A model generated the notes under the pieces. The model was not told where the DNA came from and did no database searches. It saw nothing but the letters and a program-made list of their open reading frames with translations. DNA of 64,000 nucleotides, taken from NCBI RefSeq assembly GCF_963676685.1, contig NC_092355.1, positions 17,546,001 through 17,610,000 on the forward strand, in the 5' to 3' direction. The number at the start of each line of letters is the position of its first letter. The stretch's first letter is position 1. This document shows positions 1 through 13,650 of this stretch, in pieces. The position numbers and the translations under genes are program-made. Source of the stretch: Mytilus edulis. Lineage: Eukaryota.

Positions 1-2222
1 ATCCACCAATCCATCAGTGATTGCGATACCTCTGTTACATACCCGTCTTTTTGTCACATGTTTGGTACTATTCTTTGAACAAAGTTCGTGTTGTAAGCCA
101 AATTTGTCCTACATTTTAATTGTTCTTGTCAAGTAATACATTCCTTGAACTGGTTTAAATGTTAAACTAAATCCTATGAAATCAATTTGGTGCATTGGTT
201 CTTTGAAACACAATTTTGTTAATTTGAGCGTGTCGACACCTAGTCTAGTAGTGATCTCGGTTTGTATAATCATACAACAAAAGTTTACATTGGTATTATA
301 GTAAGTTATTGTTTCATTTTACATGTTTACCATTGGTGACATCAAATAAAATGTGTTGCAGGTTGAACTAAGCAATACGAAATTTAAATGTCATATCCAT
401 ATATATGCAAACTAAAGGATCTAAACTTTAAATTATGCATGTTTAAACTATAATGAATGCGGAGCGGGGGTATTGTACGAAGTCATCCAGACTAGCCGAT
501 TTATAAATCCTAGCCTCCGTATGATACTTTGATGTCAAATTGACTACAGTTAAAAAGTTACATTTACTACCAATCCATGCAAAATAGTAAGATGTATGTT
601 CCTGAGCGTATAATGCACAAAGAAAACAATAAATTACATACAAATAATATGGGTGAGATAACTAGAATATTTTAAGAAGAAATCCCTGCTTTGTGACCTC
701 ACCTGGTGTTCCTTCATTTAGAACTGGTCCAATCTTAAATTACAATATTATTTTGCGTTACTAATTTCTATGAATATAGCATGTATAGTGAGATGACGTA
801 TCACAATTTGTAAAAATAGTGCTTATGGGACAAATGAATTGAGTGCAATATTGCTTAACTGAATATTGCTAAACAGTAATCAGTTTTGAAATAACTGGTT
901 AACTATTCTATATATTTTCTTTTGTTTCGTGCTTTTTGTTAACCTTGTATTGCGTACTTGGCATGAGGAGACACCTCTTGTAAGAATCATGATACAACGA
1001 ATAAACCGAACCTGCTCATTTTACTTCACGATATTTAGGCTAGCATTGATCGCAATTATAATTACAGTTTTAATTAATGCCTACCTAATGCTTCCAACAT
1101 ATGCTAATTGGCCTAAAGTTTTACAATTGGAGAGTTTATGATTTGTACTATATTCACATCGTTTTGTTGAACTTAATTGTATTCAAAGTATTGCATAATG
1201 CTAGACATTGGAAACGTGTAATTGCAATTTAAAGGCATAGTTGTAGAGTTTGAGGTTTCCTGGGGGAGTTCAACTCACGTTATATCGCTGAGGAGACGTA
1301 ACGATAAATTGTTGACACTTGTGAAGCCGTAAAAAGATATGTTTTCGAATGTTTGGGTCCACGTTCGACAATGGTATTTTCCATTTATAGGCACTGTTAC
1401 ATCTAAAATGAATGGTCGCAGACAGAGCATTACAAACATCCGACCTTAAAGGGAAAGACTAATCTTTATTTATATTTACTTGAAAATAACTTTTTTTTTT
1501 ATTTTTCAATGTACGCAATATCACATTGTTTATTTACATTTTCTGTTACAACATGTACAAATTCTTTTTTTTTTTTTTTTTTTAATTTTTATTGATTTTA
1601 AGATTTACAACAAATACAACACATCAAACATACATACAGTAATATTAGTGATAGATTTGAATACATATATTTATTTATGACAATAAACATTGTTGTAAAT
1701 TAATTTTTTTTCTATTGATATGAAGAAAAAAAGAAGAAAATATTATTAGAGTTAAATGTGTATGTACCACTGTGTGGCATGGCATCTGAAAATTGTAAAG
1801 AATTTTATAAAAAAAAAAGGATGGGGTTAAAAAATATCTCGTTAGATTTTCAGTACATAATAAATTGTGCTATTAGATACAATAATATTTTATGTTAGTT
1901 TTGACAATAAATATAGATTGTAAAAATAATTGACAAATTGAATTATAAAAGTAATACTTTAAATGCATTCCTCATGGTATCAAAGTGTTTTTGTCTGTTA
2001 TTTTTGACTGCCATTATTTTTTCTAAATTGTACATATATTTTAACTTTCTTTAATGGCACTGACTGAAAGATCTTCTGAAAAAGCATCTACTGTTGTATA
2101 TATATTGTTTATTGTTATATCTGTTACAAGTTCTTTATAATGTTATATGTTCATAACAAACCTCACAAGAGCTTGAGGAAGAAAGGAATGCAACAGAGAC
2201 ACAACTACTTCTTAAACACGAT

Positions 2223-2696
2223 CAATAAAATTGAGAATGGAAATGGGGAATGTGTCAAAGAGACAACAACCCGACCAAATAAAAAACAACAGCAGAGGGT
2301 CACCAACAGGTCTTCAATGTAGCGAGAAATTCCCGCACCCGGAGGCGTCCTTCAGCTGGCCCCTAAACAAATATATACCAGTCCAGTGATAATGAACGCC
2401 ATACTAATTTCCAAAGAAACTAAAATTAAAATAATACAAGACTAAAAAAGGCCAGAGGCTCCTGACTTGGGACAGGCGCAAAAATGCGGCGGGGTTAAAC
2501 ATGTTTGTGAGATCTCAACTCTCCACCTATACCTCTAACCAATGTAGAAAAGTAAACGCATAACAATACGCACATTAAAATTCAGTTCAAAGGAAGTCCG
2601 AGTCTGATGTCAGAAGATGTAACCAAAGAAAATAAACAAAATGACAATAATACATAAATAACAACAGACTACTAGCAGTTAACTGACATGCCAGCT
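2223..2696 (-). mobile_element. Short interspersed retroposon, family R1
   Basis: Absent from the paralogous empty site at 52751-52780 (acacgataaagttatt). Same family at 5806-5865, 8257-8713, 20435-20948, 31886-32080, 32238-32460 and 47124-47177. Confidence 0.8.
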
Positions 2697-3429
2697 AAGT
2701 TATTATAGCACGGGTATTCCAATATGATATCACTGTAGCTAATACATGTAATACATCAGGCAAAGTTCATGTATGAGACAATATAAGACAATAATACTAT
2801 GTATATCAAGTGAAGATGCCTAGGTGTTTTCTCTATAGATACACTCTTTGAAACTATCACATTTGAAATAACATCGAAATTTTTACAATGCATTACTGTA
2901 AAAAAATAAGTAAACATCCACTATCTAGTGCAGGAGAAGATATCCAGTTTTTTTGTGGTAAAGTATGATATTTTATCTTACAAAAGAGAGACGACATATA
3001 TTAAAAGTATATCCCAACTCATTAGTCATCAACAAAATGAATACTGTATGGCAAAGAACGAAAAAAAAAGACGAAAAGACAAACAACAGCCAAAACAACA
3101 ACATGAACAATATAGATTGACCAAACACTAGAAGGGGTATCAGATACTCTTGACTGGAAAGTAGAACCTGCTTCACATTCGTTATGTTGCTCAGGAAGTT
3201 TAATCCTGATAATAAGTGAAATTTTGTGATTAGCAAGGAGAGGCGCACATAAGAAAACCGACAATGTCCACTCATCGTTGTCAATATCATAAAATTTTAT
3301 ACGACTGTCAAACAACTGAGAGGTGTAGCTAGCTGTAAAATTTAAAGTATTTAAATACGTTATTATAAATAGTTTAAGCATGTCACTAATTCAGGTTGCT
3401 CCGTTCTTTAACGCCAATTTCATAGTGCG

Positions 3430-3435
3430 TTTATT
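3430..3435 (-). promoter_or_regulatory. Candidate polyadenylation signal for copy 1 (equivalents at 53516-53521 and 13853-13858)
   Basis: AATAAA on the minus strand about 150 nt past the stop in three copies; weak evidence in AT-rich DNA. Confidence 0.3.
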
Positions 3436-3585
3436 TATAAAAACGCCAAAATATTCGCCTCCACCTACAGCGCTTCGATCCAAAAGAATTGCCGTATTTG
3501 TCCTATAAGAATCGAAATAATTCAAGCCCTCATGGATAATTTCTTAAACAAATAGGTTTTAAGTTAAAAGTTCACAGACGTTATT

Positions 3586-5274
3586 TTAGGAAACATCAAA
3601 TAGAAATGCGATCTTGTTTTCATTTGCAACTAACAACTTGTTACTTGTTGGTTCGAAATGCAATCCACGCGGAGATTTAAGGCCATCACGAAAGGACAAT
3701 ATTGTTCTGCAACGCTTTCCATCAGGGGAAATGATAACCATACTGCTTGTATAATTACTGACAACATACACGTGTCCATTGCTGTCTACAGATATACCCT
3801 GTGGACATTGCAGGTTTTGTGTATCCTTAAATTCCCATTTAAGATTTCCATTGATATTGTAGCATGTTACAGAATGGTTGTTTATATTTGTATAATAGAT
3901 ATTGTCACCATGCACTGTAACAAACGAATAGGATGGCATACTAAAGCTAACAAGTGCCTTTTCTGATGCACCATTCAATTGAACTTCCATTATTCCTTTG
4001 CCTGACGTACAGTAGACAAGGACATTTTTATTCAGTGCTATACCATATGGAACTGAACTAGTTTTTACAGTTCTCTTGATCTTTCTGCTGTTAGGGTCAA
4101 TAATGTGAATAACATTTGAACCATAGCCACTGGTAACGGCAACGGAATTTTCTCTTTCAAAATATGCCAAATCAAATGCGCATGTATCTAGCCGAATTGC
4201 AAACTCATGCGTACCGTTGCTTTTCAACCCAATTAAATGTCGATTACTCCAATAACAGAACATCATCTTGCCATTTGGTAGAATTGCGCAACCTCTTACA
4301 TCCCCAGCAGATTTCAAATTGATTTGCATTTTGTTGTTTAGTTTGATATTATCAATGCATTTTGAAATTAAAATAGGTACGATCATCTGAGCTTGTTTGT
4401 TTTTGTTACTGCCAATAACAATTTTGCACGACTTTGACTCAACACTGACGGACCCAAAACTAGCAGTTTTACAAATGTTTTGTACTTCTTTATCAATAAC
4501 CAAAGAAAGGGTTTTTATTTTCATGTCCTCGCTTTTTAGGACAGACTGAATAATCTTTTCTTGGTCTAAAACCTCCTTTTCAATGTGCTTTAATGCAAAA
4601 AATGTTTGTAATTCTGATGCATGTTGTTTAATGGTACTTTGGTTAACCTGTAGGTCCGAAATTTCTTTTTCTATTTCCTCAATCTCAGACAACAACTGGT
4701 TAATTCTCTTACTTTCATTATTCTCTTTGGCATATAACTCTTTTATTAATTTCTCTTGGACTTTGTCTAAATGGTCGTTGATCATTTTCCGGGTTAGTTT
4801 TATATCACGTTCAATCTTTATTCTTTGATCCTGAAGACATTTAAAATTTTCCGTGCGGTCATTACGAATTCTGCATACATTTTCCAACATTTGGACCAGC
4901 GTTTGCTCTACTTCTAAAAATGCGTTCGATGCCTTAACATTTTGGACGATGTCATCTATTGCTTTTAAATCTTTACAATCATTATGTGTCTCTATAACAC
5001 ATCTTATACAGCACCGGCAGTCATGTTTCTTACAGAATGTTTGATATTGTTCTTTGTGTTTTTGACATGTTTGTGTTATTTCTAATACTTTCATTGGAAG
5101 CTTCTGGTACTCTGTGACAGGAATGATGCTATGGTTTCGAGATGATTTTGAAGCACCATGGTGCTCTTTACACTCGTCACAAAGTCCCTCGTCACATTCT
5201 GAACACCACACTACTGATGCTTTGTTGATGTTTCGGAAATCGCATATTCCACAAACAGTCCAATTACTCGCCAT
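3586..5274 (-). CDS. RING-less TRIM-like protein (B-box1, B-box2, coiled coil, NHL-like beta-propeller), copy 1, 562 aa
   Basis: ORF 3586-5373. Likely start is MASNW at 5274, preceded by acceptor-like TTTGTTTTGTAG-T. B-box1 CGIC..CSEC..CDECKEHH..H; B-box2 CQKH..CKKH..CIRC..H..C; heptad-rich middle; NHL-like blades (e.g. PQGISVDSNGHVYV, PRGLHF). Confidence 0.9.
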   Translation of the reverse strand: MASNWTVCGICDFRNINKASVVWCSECDEGLCDECKEHHGASKSSRNHSIIPVTEYQKLPMKVLEITQTCQKHKEQYQTFCKKHDCRCCIRCVIETHNDCKDLKAIDDIVQNVKASNAFLEVEQTLVQMLENVCRIRNDRTENFKCLQDQRIKIERDIKLTRKMINDHLDKVQEKLIKELYAKENNESKRINQLLSEIEEIEKEISDLQVNQSTIKQHASELQTFFALKHIEKEVLDQEKIIQSVLKSEDMKIKTLSLVIDKEVQNICKTASFGSVSVESKSCKIVIGSNKNKQAQMIVPILISKCIDNIKLNNKMQINLKSAGDVRGCAILPNGKMMFCYWSNRHLIGLKSNGTHEFAIRLDTCAFDLAYFERENSVAVTSGYGSNVIHIIDPNSRKIKRTVKTSSVPYGIALNKNVLVYCTSGKGIMEVQLNGASEKALVSFSMPSYSFVTVHGDNIYYTNINNHSVTCYNINGNLKWEFKDTQNLQCPQGISVDSNGHVYVVSNYTSSMVIISPDGKRCRTILSFRDGLKSPRGLHFEPTSNKLLVANENKIAFLFDVS

Positions 5275-5275
5275 A

Positions 5276-5287
5276 CTACAAAACAAA
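5276..5287 (-). promoter_or_regulatory. Putative splice acceptor immediately upstream of the TRIM ATG (equivalents at ~15707, ~31169, ~55344)
   Basis: TGTTTTGTAG-N-ATG is conserved in all four near-intact copies, and family-wide homology drops just upstream of it. Confidence 0.7.
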
Positions 5288-6624
5288 TGGTTCAGAATTT
5301 TAAAAATGGGAGACACAGAAGTTTTGACATCTTTACAGACAAATGTGATTAAGAAAAAAAATATTTTCAACAATATTACATATCATTATGCCCGGCTTGT
5401 CATTTTTCGATCGGCTAATGTCACGTCGTTAAAACACATAAGGCCACGGGTAATTCCACCAATTACCCCGGACAACTTCATGCTATTTTGTTCATATTCA
5501 AGGAATACTCAAAATATGTTATGAGACATTTCCGTTATTGTATCACTATTTCCGATTTATTTGTTTAGATGGTTTCCCTTTAGTCGACACTTATCGAATA
5601 TGTAGAGCTATTGTTTCAAAAGTCCAAGTGCTAGGAAACAAAGGATTGTTTTATAAGTAAACATCGTAGGCTCAAAATCCACAATTTTGATGTAACGTAA
5701 GTATTGTCGAAACTGTGTGCTTTTCCGACATTTAATCTTTAGGAAATCTTAAGCTGCAATCTACTATATCTATAATGTCAAATAACCAAAACCAGTCATT
5801 TTTTTTTTCTATGGTCGAGTTGTTGTCTCTTTGGCACATTCCCAATTTCCATTCTCAATTTTATTATCTGGATCAGGGGTTGCAGCTTAAATGAATTATG
5901 CAAAAAATCTGTACAATTTTGGTTAAACATTGATCCAAACTGAATTTTCATCACAGATAATTAATTTATCATTAAATTTTGATGCTGTCATTACTTACTT
6001 GTTCATGGCTGAGTTTTTTTGTTGGGCTTTGGCCACCCTTATTATTATTTTTTCATTTATATGCTCTTTTTTTGTTTAAGTTTTTGAATTTGAAATATTT
6101 TGGGCATCACTAAAACGACAATAACGAGCAAAATGAGCATCTTCAAGAGAAATTAAGACCGCATATCAGTCTATGGAAGAAGCGAATCGATATAAACGTT
6201 TCTTATATCAAGGAACCATATTGTCTCATATCAACGAGTTGCATTGTGGGAAATTTCAAACAAATGTTAGCATTTGTTCGAAGAAAAGCAGAATCCTTGG
6301 TACAAAGTAATGACTCTTTTTTGTAAACAGGGTGACATTTAATACGGCATACGTCTGATGTATAATTTATTTTATATAATAACAGTCAAGGTGTATTTAT
6401 ACGAGAAAATTTACTTGTTGAATGAATGAAATATAAATGCACGATTTGTAGCTGTACACATTCAATAAATATCTTGTAGCAAATCCAGTGGAACGCAATT
6501 GAGAAGAATTCAAGTGGTTGCTAAGCCAAAATCACCTATAAGTCAAAGATACTGCTATATTTTATTATGTCAATGCGATGTTTATATAATTAGTTATCAA
6601 CGGTATTAGGATTATAATCTAGTA

Positions 6625-6666
6625 CGCCAGACGCGCGTTTCTGCTACATAGGACTCATCAGTGAGT
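6625..6666 (-). ncRNA. Degenerate minimal type I hammerhead ribozyme (retrozyme fragment 6591-6666)
   Basis: Minus strand reads CTGATGA-GTCCTATGTAGCA-GAAA-CGCGCGTC-TGGCG; stems I and II are damaged. Confidence 0.6.
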
Positions 6667-8256
6667 AATAATAGTAATGTGTTTTTAATATCAACAATTT
6701 ATGAATGCGATACTTTTCTTATTTAACTGCTATAGTCTTCTTATATAAAATGAATACGATAACAAGTCACAATGCATTTCAAGAAAACCGCAAGCATAAT
6801 TCACAAACTTAGTTCATTTCCGGTTTTATAATAGTGTTTGAGTATCAATATCAATAACACTAAATTTAGTACCTATTACAAAATTACCGCTTAATATATG
6901 AACTTATTATTTCGAAAATATTATATTATATAAATTAATTATAATATATAACCAAAAAACATAGTATTCTGATTTGTATCACTATACAATTTAATAGTTA
7001 TTACGACGAGGTTGAATTGCCTGTCATTTATTCACCATTTATACTGGAACTTGTCTCACCCAGAAAAAATATATCTCGGTACATTAACCTCACTTTCAAG
7101 AAATTTATTGTTATTTTCTAAGACAAGTGTTTGTGACCATCCACAAGAATTTACGGTCATCCTGTGTTCAGTACTCAAGTACATTTTTTCCATTCTCAAC
7201 TTTATTCAATTTTCAGAGGCCTTGTCAAATTAAAAAAAAATCGCACATGCACTATCTCAAAAAGATTTTTACAGTGTAGTGTACTACTGGTGAAACAAAT
7301 AATATCAAAATTATTGTAATTTCTACCAACTCTAACGCAAAATACTGACAATTCTGTGTTAAGGGGGTGTAAAATTCAGTTTCAGACGAAATAAAATTTG
7401 TCCTTTTTTGACTAGAGCAAATCACTACTTAACTTAAAGATTCAGCACCCAAATGACGTTTTTGGAGGACTGGACAGCAATTATTTATAAGAGGATACGA
7501 TTTATAGATATAATAAGATGGTGTATAAGTACGGCCTTAAACGCGGAGCCTTGGCTCACAGCGAACACCACGCTATATAGAATCCCAAACAAATACTAGT
7601 GTTAAAAACCTTTCAAAGCGGGAAAACCAACAGTCTAATTTGTATAAAAAACGAAATTCAAAAGTGCAGGTCAGATTTTGTCGTATCAATCTGAACGAGG
7701 ACAATATGATTTATATTTTGCACAAGTAACTTTCATTGTAACCAAAAAAGAAAGTTTTCCGTGCGTGCATCGGGAGAATATCGGATATATATTATTTCGG
7801 TGCGTTCATTACAATTTGCTAGCTGTTATATATGTGAACAATCATTTTGATACTTAGCCATTTTATTATGACATTGTTTATAAAACCCTTATTTGATAAG
7901 TTTTGCTTCCAAAAAAAATTAGGAAATTTGAAAGATGTTACCAAAAATAATTTGAATGTCAGCAATGGTCATCAAACTGCTTATTTACATGCAATACTAC
8001 TGAGAAGTAAAATCACAAAAATGATAAATTCCGAGGAAAATTCAAAACAGAAAGTCTCTTATCAAATGACAAAATCAAAGTTTAATGATAAAACGCACCA
8101 AACGAAAGGACAATAACTGTCATAATTCTGAGTTCAAATTTTAAAAATGATGGATTGAACCTGGTTTTATAGCGCTTAACCTCTCACGTGTATTACAGTC
8201 TCGTCAAATTCAGTTATATTAATAATGATGCGTGAACAAAACAGACATAATAGGTA

Positions 8257-8713
8257 CTGTGTTTTTCACATATATGTTATGATGGTATGATACTAAACCC
8301 CTAACGGGAGGGATTGTACTTGATATTCATATGACGAAGACATAATCTTTTAATCAGTGTAATTGAAGTCTGAAGCTGGCATGTCAGTTTACAATTAGAA
8401 GTTTGTTGTTATTTATGTATTATTGTCATTTGTTTAGTTATTTTTGCTACATCTTCTGACATCAGACTCGGTCTTCTCTTGAACTGAATTTTACATTGAC
8501 TAGAGGTATAGGGGGCGGGGTTGAGATCTCATAAACATGGTGTTCATTACCACTGAACAAGTATGCATATTTATTTAGGGGCCAGCTGAAAGACGCCTCC
8601 GGGTGCGGGAATTTCTAGCTAAATTGAAGACCTATTGGCGACCTTCTGCTGTTGTCTGTTATATGGTCGGGTTGTTGTCTCTTTGACACATTCCCCATTT
8701 ACATTCTCTATTT
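8257..8713 (+). mobile_element. R1 retroposon with 11-bp TSD
   Basis: cataataggta at 8246-8256 and 8714-8724; inverse match to 2223-2696. Confidence 0.8.
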
Positions 8714-9051
8714 CATAATAGGTAAAATTGTCCAAAAAATTTGGTACAAGAGTCTAATATTAATACTAATAAGTACTAATATTGATATAACAAAACACTG
8801 CTATGATATTTTAAAATTATCGCATTAATATTAGAGTTAATAGCATTTGTTTATTTATGTATATAAGAAAAATGAAGCACATCAAATTTTACACAGACAT
8901 TAAATTTAGCTTTTAACCAACTTCTGAATGCATATTTAGACTCAATTGTTGTCTAAGAAAGTTTTAAAGTTCGTATTTTCTTAATTTTTCGTTGCCTAAA
9001 AACACTGTTTTCCGCATGGAATGTCTGCATATTTACAATTGATATAAGACA

Positions 9052-9644
9052 TTATCTTACCTCCTATACATTTCTAGGAATGTGATCTGTTAACAGCACC
9101 CTCATGGAGACCGTGTATATTTGATATTAGGCTAGTAGAGAGGTGGGGCTTATCTCATACACGGTTAGTAGTGATGTTACGTCCCTTTATGTTCCATATA
9201 AGAAAGTAGGGAGACAGGGCTTATTTCATACACGGTTAGTAGAGGTGTTACGTCCCTTTATAAAAGAAACGGTACTGAGAAAAAAAACGTTAAGGTTTCA
9301 AAAGACGAAGAAATTAATGATTCAGATTGAAATAAATTCATAAAACACATCTAAAACAAACAAGTTGTTATTGTTAGTATCTAGATCTGTTTTTTGTTAG
9401 ATCAATGGAAGTAGTTTCTTAATGCTAACATTATTTAAGACTTGCTCATTTTGATAGGTCTAAATTTCACACGTTAAGATAGTCGGTAAGATAAATTCGT
9501 TACATAGTGTGCTAGTGATCTAATATGGTATATATGGGGTCAGTACATTCCATATGGGGATTCGCGCTTAGCTCCCACCCCATATGGAATTTACTGACCC
9601 CATATATACTGTATTAGGTCACTAGCACACTATGTAACTAATAA
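9052..9644 (+). mobile_element. Non-autonomous element with long terminal hairpin (family H1)
   Basis: 61-bp arms at 9499-9559 and 9578-9638; 5' end ttatcttacc is complementary to ggtaagataa at 9485-9494; second copy at 47476-48073; interrupts the right TIR of 6167-9699. Confidence 0.75.
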
Positions 9645-10429
9645 TATCGCTGTGAGATATAACAAACGTTTTTTATCGATTCGCTTCCTCCATAGACTGC
9701 ATATGTTATTGCTAAAACTACATAGAAAACTCGGCGAATGAACTGCTAGACCAAAAATCTCTATAACGATACTCATATGTTGGTTTTTTTTTTATTTGTT
9801 TGACATGTTTGATAAGATATGGAATTTTAACATATCTAGCCTCGTTCACCACAAAAGAGACATTTATGGTCGAAATGCGCATCTGTACAGCGCAAGTAGT
9901 ACTGTTGAATGTCAAAAAAGAGTTTATTTTGTATAAATACTCAAGTAGTAGATTATCTATGTCAAATATGTAGTAATGAAACCCGATTAAAAAACGCCTT
10001 AAAATTGTAGGATCCATTTATTATTAGTTTATCAAGACTGTTGTAGCAACTCTATTAAAATCTGAAGTTAAAAATATTATCAAACAATGTCAAATAAATA
10101 TTGGTTGTGTATAAACAATATAAATATATCTATGAATTGTCATAAATCAGCTTTTCTTATTCTTTATCTGGAATGATCGATTTTTTTAAATAAATAGATC
10201 AAAACAATATGTTGTACACTTCAGAGTCTGTATATGGCAACGAATTGTAAATTGATGGGTGAAATAATGAAATGAAGACAATACGGCTGAAAAAATAGAA
10301 TTAACGACCATTAAGCACCCGCTTTCTAGAATCTCATTCTAAAGAAGTCACAATGACATTCTTTTTAAGTTCCCTAATCTGACTGCCTTTAACATTTATA
10401 ATTATATTCTGTTTATCTGAAAATGGATT

Positions 10430-10520
10430 AATTTGACTGTCCCTCTGGTATCTTTCGTCCCTCTGGTATCTTTCGTCCCTCTGGTGTCTTTCGTCCCTCT
10501 GGTATCTTTCGTCCCTCTTT
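10430..10520 (+). repeat. Penelope-like 3' tail with 18-bp unit (gtccctctggtatctttc) repeated about 4.5 times
   Basis: Matches the 3' end of the RT element at 63262-63299; the paralogous site at 58968-59042 has one unit fewer. Confidence 0.75.
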
Positions 10521-13500
10521 TGTATCTCTTGTTGCACACACACGTTCACTGTAATTGAATTGACCATCAAACTGCAAACTAAACCAGTTAAGATATATTT
10601 ACCAATCTAACAGGTCAAGTTCTAAATCTTTATAACTCACTACTTTTTTATTATAAAAGTAAAGTTTCACATTCTTTAAAAAGGTGTAAGTTCACGAATG
10701 GTCAAAATTGGTCCTAAGATTTTGAAAGTTTTTTTTAATCAGGCCATAATACTGCAAACAAGACAAAGAAATTGTTATGATACTACAAAATAACTTAAGC
10801 TTTACACATCATTTTAAATATGACGATGTCTTGATTATTTGAACACTGTTGATTTTCAAAAATTCTTAACCTTTTTAAGCATATTTTACTTTATCCGCCA
10901 TCAAAAATCAAGAACGTTATTGTGTCTAGGGATTCATTCTCATCATTATTAGCAAATCTTTGTAACAGACCATTCGTATCCTAGGTAAAGGCAAAGGGAT
11001 TCCATAGGCTTTTATGTCCGTAAATGCACACAATCATCGTATTTTGATTTTGTAGCGTATTGAGGGATTTCTTTTTGCAAGGAAGTAAATCATTTGAAAT
11101 AGATCCATTGATAAACAACCAAATCTGGCCATTAGGAAATTTTGTGATCAAGCTGAAGTTCAAGTTATCAATGTTTTGTATGGTAGACATCGTGTGTGTT
11201 TTAACTGAAATTAGTCTGAATAAACTATTACCATTCTAACTTAACAACAAACGAAAGCAGTGAGTTCTTTGGAGTTCGGTATTGTTTTGTTTTACTTTTT
11301 GGTATGTAGTTAATATGACCGGTCTCTCTATTGTAGTACATAAAGGTCAATTCGATCATTATAAGACCGCCGGATAGGTCTACCTTACAAACAATTATGA
11401 ATTTAAAATTGGTTGCATTTTCATATCAATGAGTTTCTCATATTAGTTTATAATGTTGAAGTGGTTGCATATCAATCTTAAAAAAGGCCATTTTTTTCAA
11501 AAAAGGGCGTGTGGGTAACCTATTGATTCTTTTTGAAGTGAAATAAATAATTATAGATAGTTGGTAAATATCATATTATCTAGCTATAGTACAGATTAGC
11601 TATGGCAAATCTAGATCTCTGAACACGTTAAATGTGTGTGTAATGTAGGCGTCATTCAATTCCGTATTAAATTTACATTACAAACTGGTATGCTTTAGTA
11701 AATAAGAGTCACTTTTAACAATGGAATGATTAAAACGGATTATGTATAGATTATTATACCTTAAAAATCATCAAAAGGCGTCAAAATGGTTACAAAACAA
11801 AAACCTTCGCCACAACAAGGAAGGTAAATATGGTCATATGATAGCTACTTTCTATAGACAATAAAGTTATAATAGCGCGGGTATTTCAAACAACATTTTA
11901 TTGTGATCATACAATCAAGTCAAAATACAATTTCATGGTTTAAAAGAGAAAATCCGACACTTTTGTATGTGAGTGCATATAAACAAAGTAATATAAAATA
12001 TAAAGTGAATCAATGATGACCTGTCTGGTTGTATTCAGGAGTATAGGAAATTATTCAGGGTTACATTTGAATTTTCGAAATATTTTTTTTAATTTTTGTA
12101 TTCAGATATTTATGAGGTATATATACTATGCCACCATGGTAGTTGTAATTCATTAAAGATGCTTGTTCCGATTCTACACTATAAGGGTGGAAAATGACCT
12201 TTAGCGAATTGAAAAATAAGTTGTAAATATGTATTAACTTTTTGCAGTAAATGTCAAAATTTAAAGATTTTACAATACAATACAACTTAAACAACCAAGA
12301 TAAAATATATTAAACATTTTATGAACAATTAGCTAAAATTGTCTCTACTAAAATGCATGGTAGAGAATAAAATAATAAAAAAAATAATGAAAATAATAAT
12401 GAAGTCAAATGAAAATTCAAATAGAAAAGTCTCTATACAAATGACAAAATCAAAATCTCAAAGACATCAAATAAATAGAAATCAACTGTCCAATTACTGC
12501 CTTTATTCATGCGTTTCCTTATGTAGATCACTATGATAAATTGATTTGTCTCAGTTCTTAGTATTAATGGTGAGACGTTAATAAACTATCTGTCTATCTA
12601 TTTATCCTAAACCAACATAAAACAAAAAGACAAAACAATTTGACGAAAGTAGGGTGTCCAAACTAGTTTACATTACATTAATAATAGATTTTAGATAAGT
12701 TTTACTTTTTAATTCAAAAGGAGAAGTTGGTACAACTTAAAAAATTCAAACGCTATCAATCAACAACCCTACCATATTCATTACTAAGTATAAAATGACG
12801 GGTTAAATTTGGTTTTGTAGCTAGCTAAACCTCAAACTTGTATGAAAGTTATGTTGACAGTATTAGATAAACAACCTAAAGTGACATGATAAGTTAATCT
12901 AAATTAAATATACATCACAAATATACAACACAGCAGACTAACAGATTCAGACAAAAATTCAAATAAAAATTGATCCCGAATAATAGTTTTAGTCGTTCTT
13001 TGTACATGTACTACAGTACACATTTTCTAGGTAAGGTTAAAAAAAATGAAGCAAATACAAAAACAGAGGGAACAAAATGGAAATAACACTGTAACCCCTG
13101 TGTGATCTAATCACAACTTAGGACACATCTATAACTGGGACTGCAGTGTTAATTGACGTCTTAGATATGATTCAATTTATCAGTAAAATACATTATTTCC
13201 AAAAATTTGAATTTTTCCCAGAATGCATTTGTCCTGATAATGAGGGAAATTTCTTTTGAAGTGTCGCTACGCGGTATGGATATTTGAAAAGGTTACGGGT
13301 GTAAAAATTTAAATCCAAGCCAATTAATCAATATATACAGACATTTCAAATGCAGTCAATCTATATCAAATACAATTTTTATAATCTATATTTCACAGTT
13401 GTTAAAACTTGTTGGTCGATCTATTTTTAATAGTCTACCACTGTATATATAACGGACCCATTTAAAATTAATTTTCCTTTAGTGACAACTCTAAGGAGAA

Positions 13501-13650
13501 ATTGACGACTGATATATATTAATAGACCTGATCACTTTTGTCATTTATAATCTTCAAGTGTTATTTATTTGTACAAATCTATGTTTTTTTAGATACAAAA
13601 ATGAATTTAATTTTTCTAATTGCATATTGTTCTTAGAAATTTTGTATTTG

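Larger units (their letters stand above)
6167..9699. mobile_element. Non-autonomous TIR DNA transposon (~3.5 kb, 5-bp TSD) with nested insertions
   Basis: Imperfect TIRs cagtctatggaagaagcgaatcgata / tatcgattcgcttcctccatagactg; catat at 6162-6166 and 9700-9704; empty site near 17055-17070. Confidence 0.8.

Noticed and set aside
929-3381. Small ORFs that recur elsewhere (929/45172, 2928/52995, 9718/17109/58338, 16320/55880)
   Set aside because: Recurrence is explained by the segmental duplication; starts and stops shift between copies and most lack an ATG.
5275-5373. N-terminal extensions of the TRIM ORFs in the track (also 15706-15837, 31168-31386, 55343-55468)
   Set aside because: Not conserved across all copies and they end in an acceptor-like TTTTGTAG; most likely intron read-through.
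3658-5524. Plus-strand ORFs overlapping the TRIM genes, recurring in each copy
   Set aside because: Antisense shadows of a conserved CDS with variable ends and no recognisable domains.
10334-10570. ORF with QRDERY repeats
   Set aside because: Translation of the 18-bp retroelement-tail repeat.
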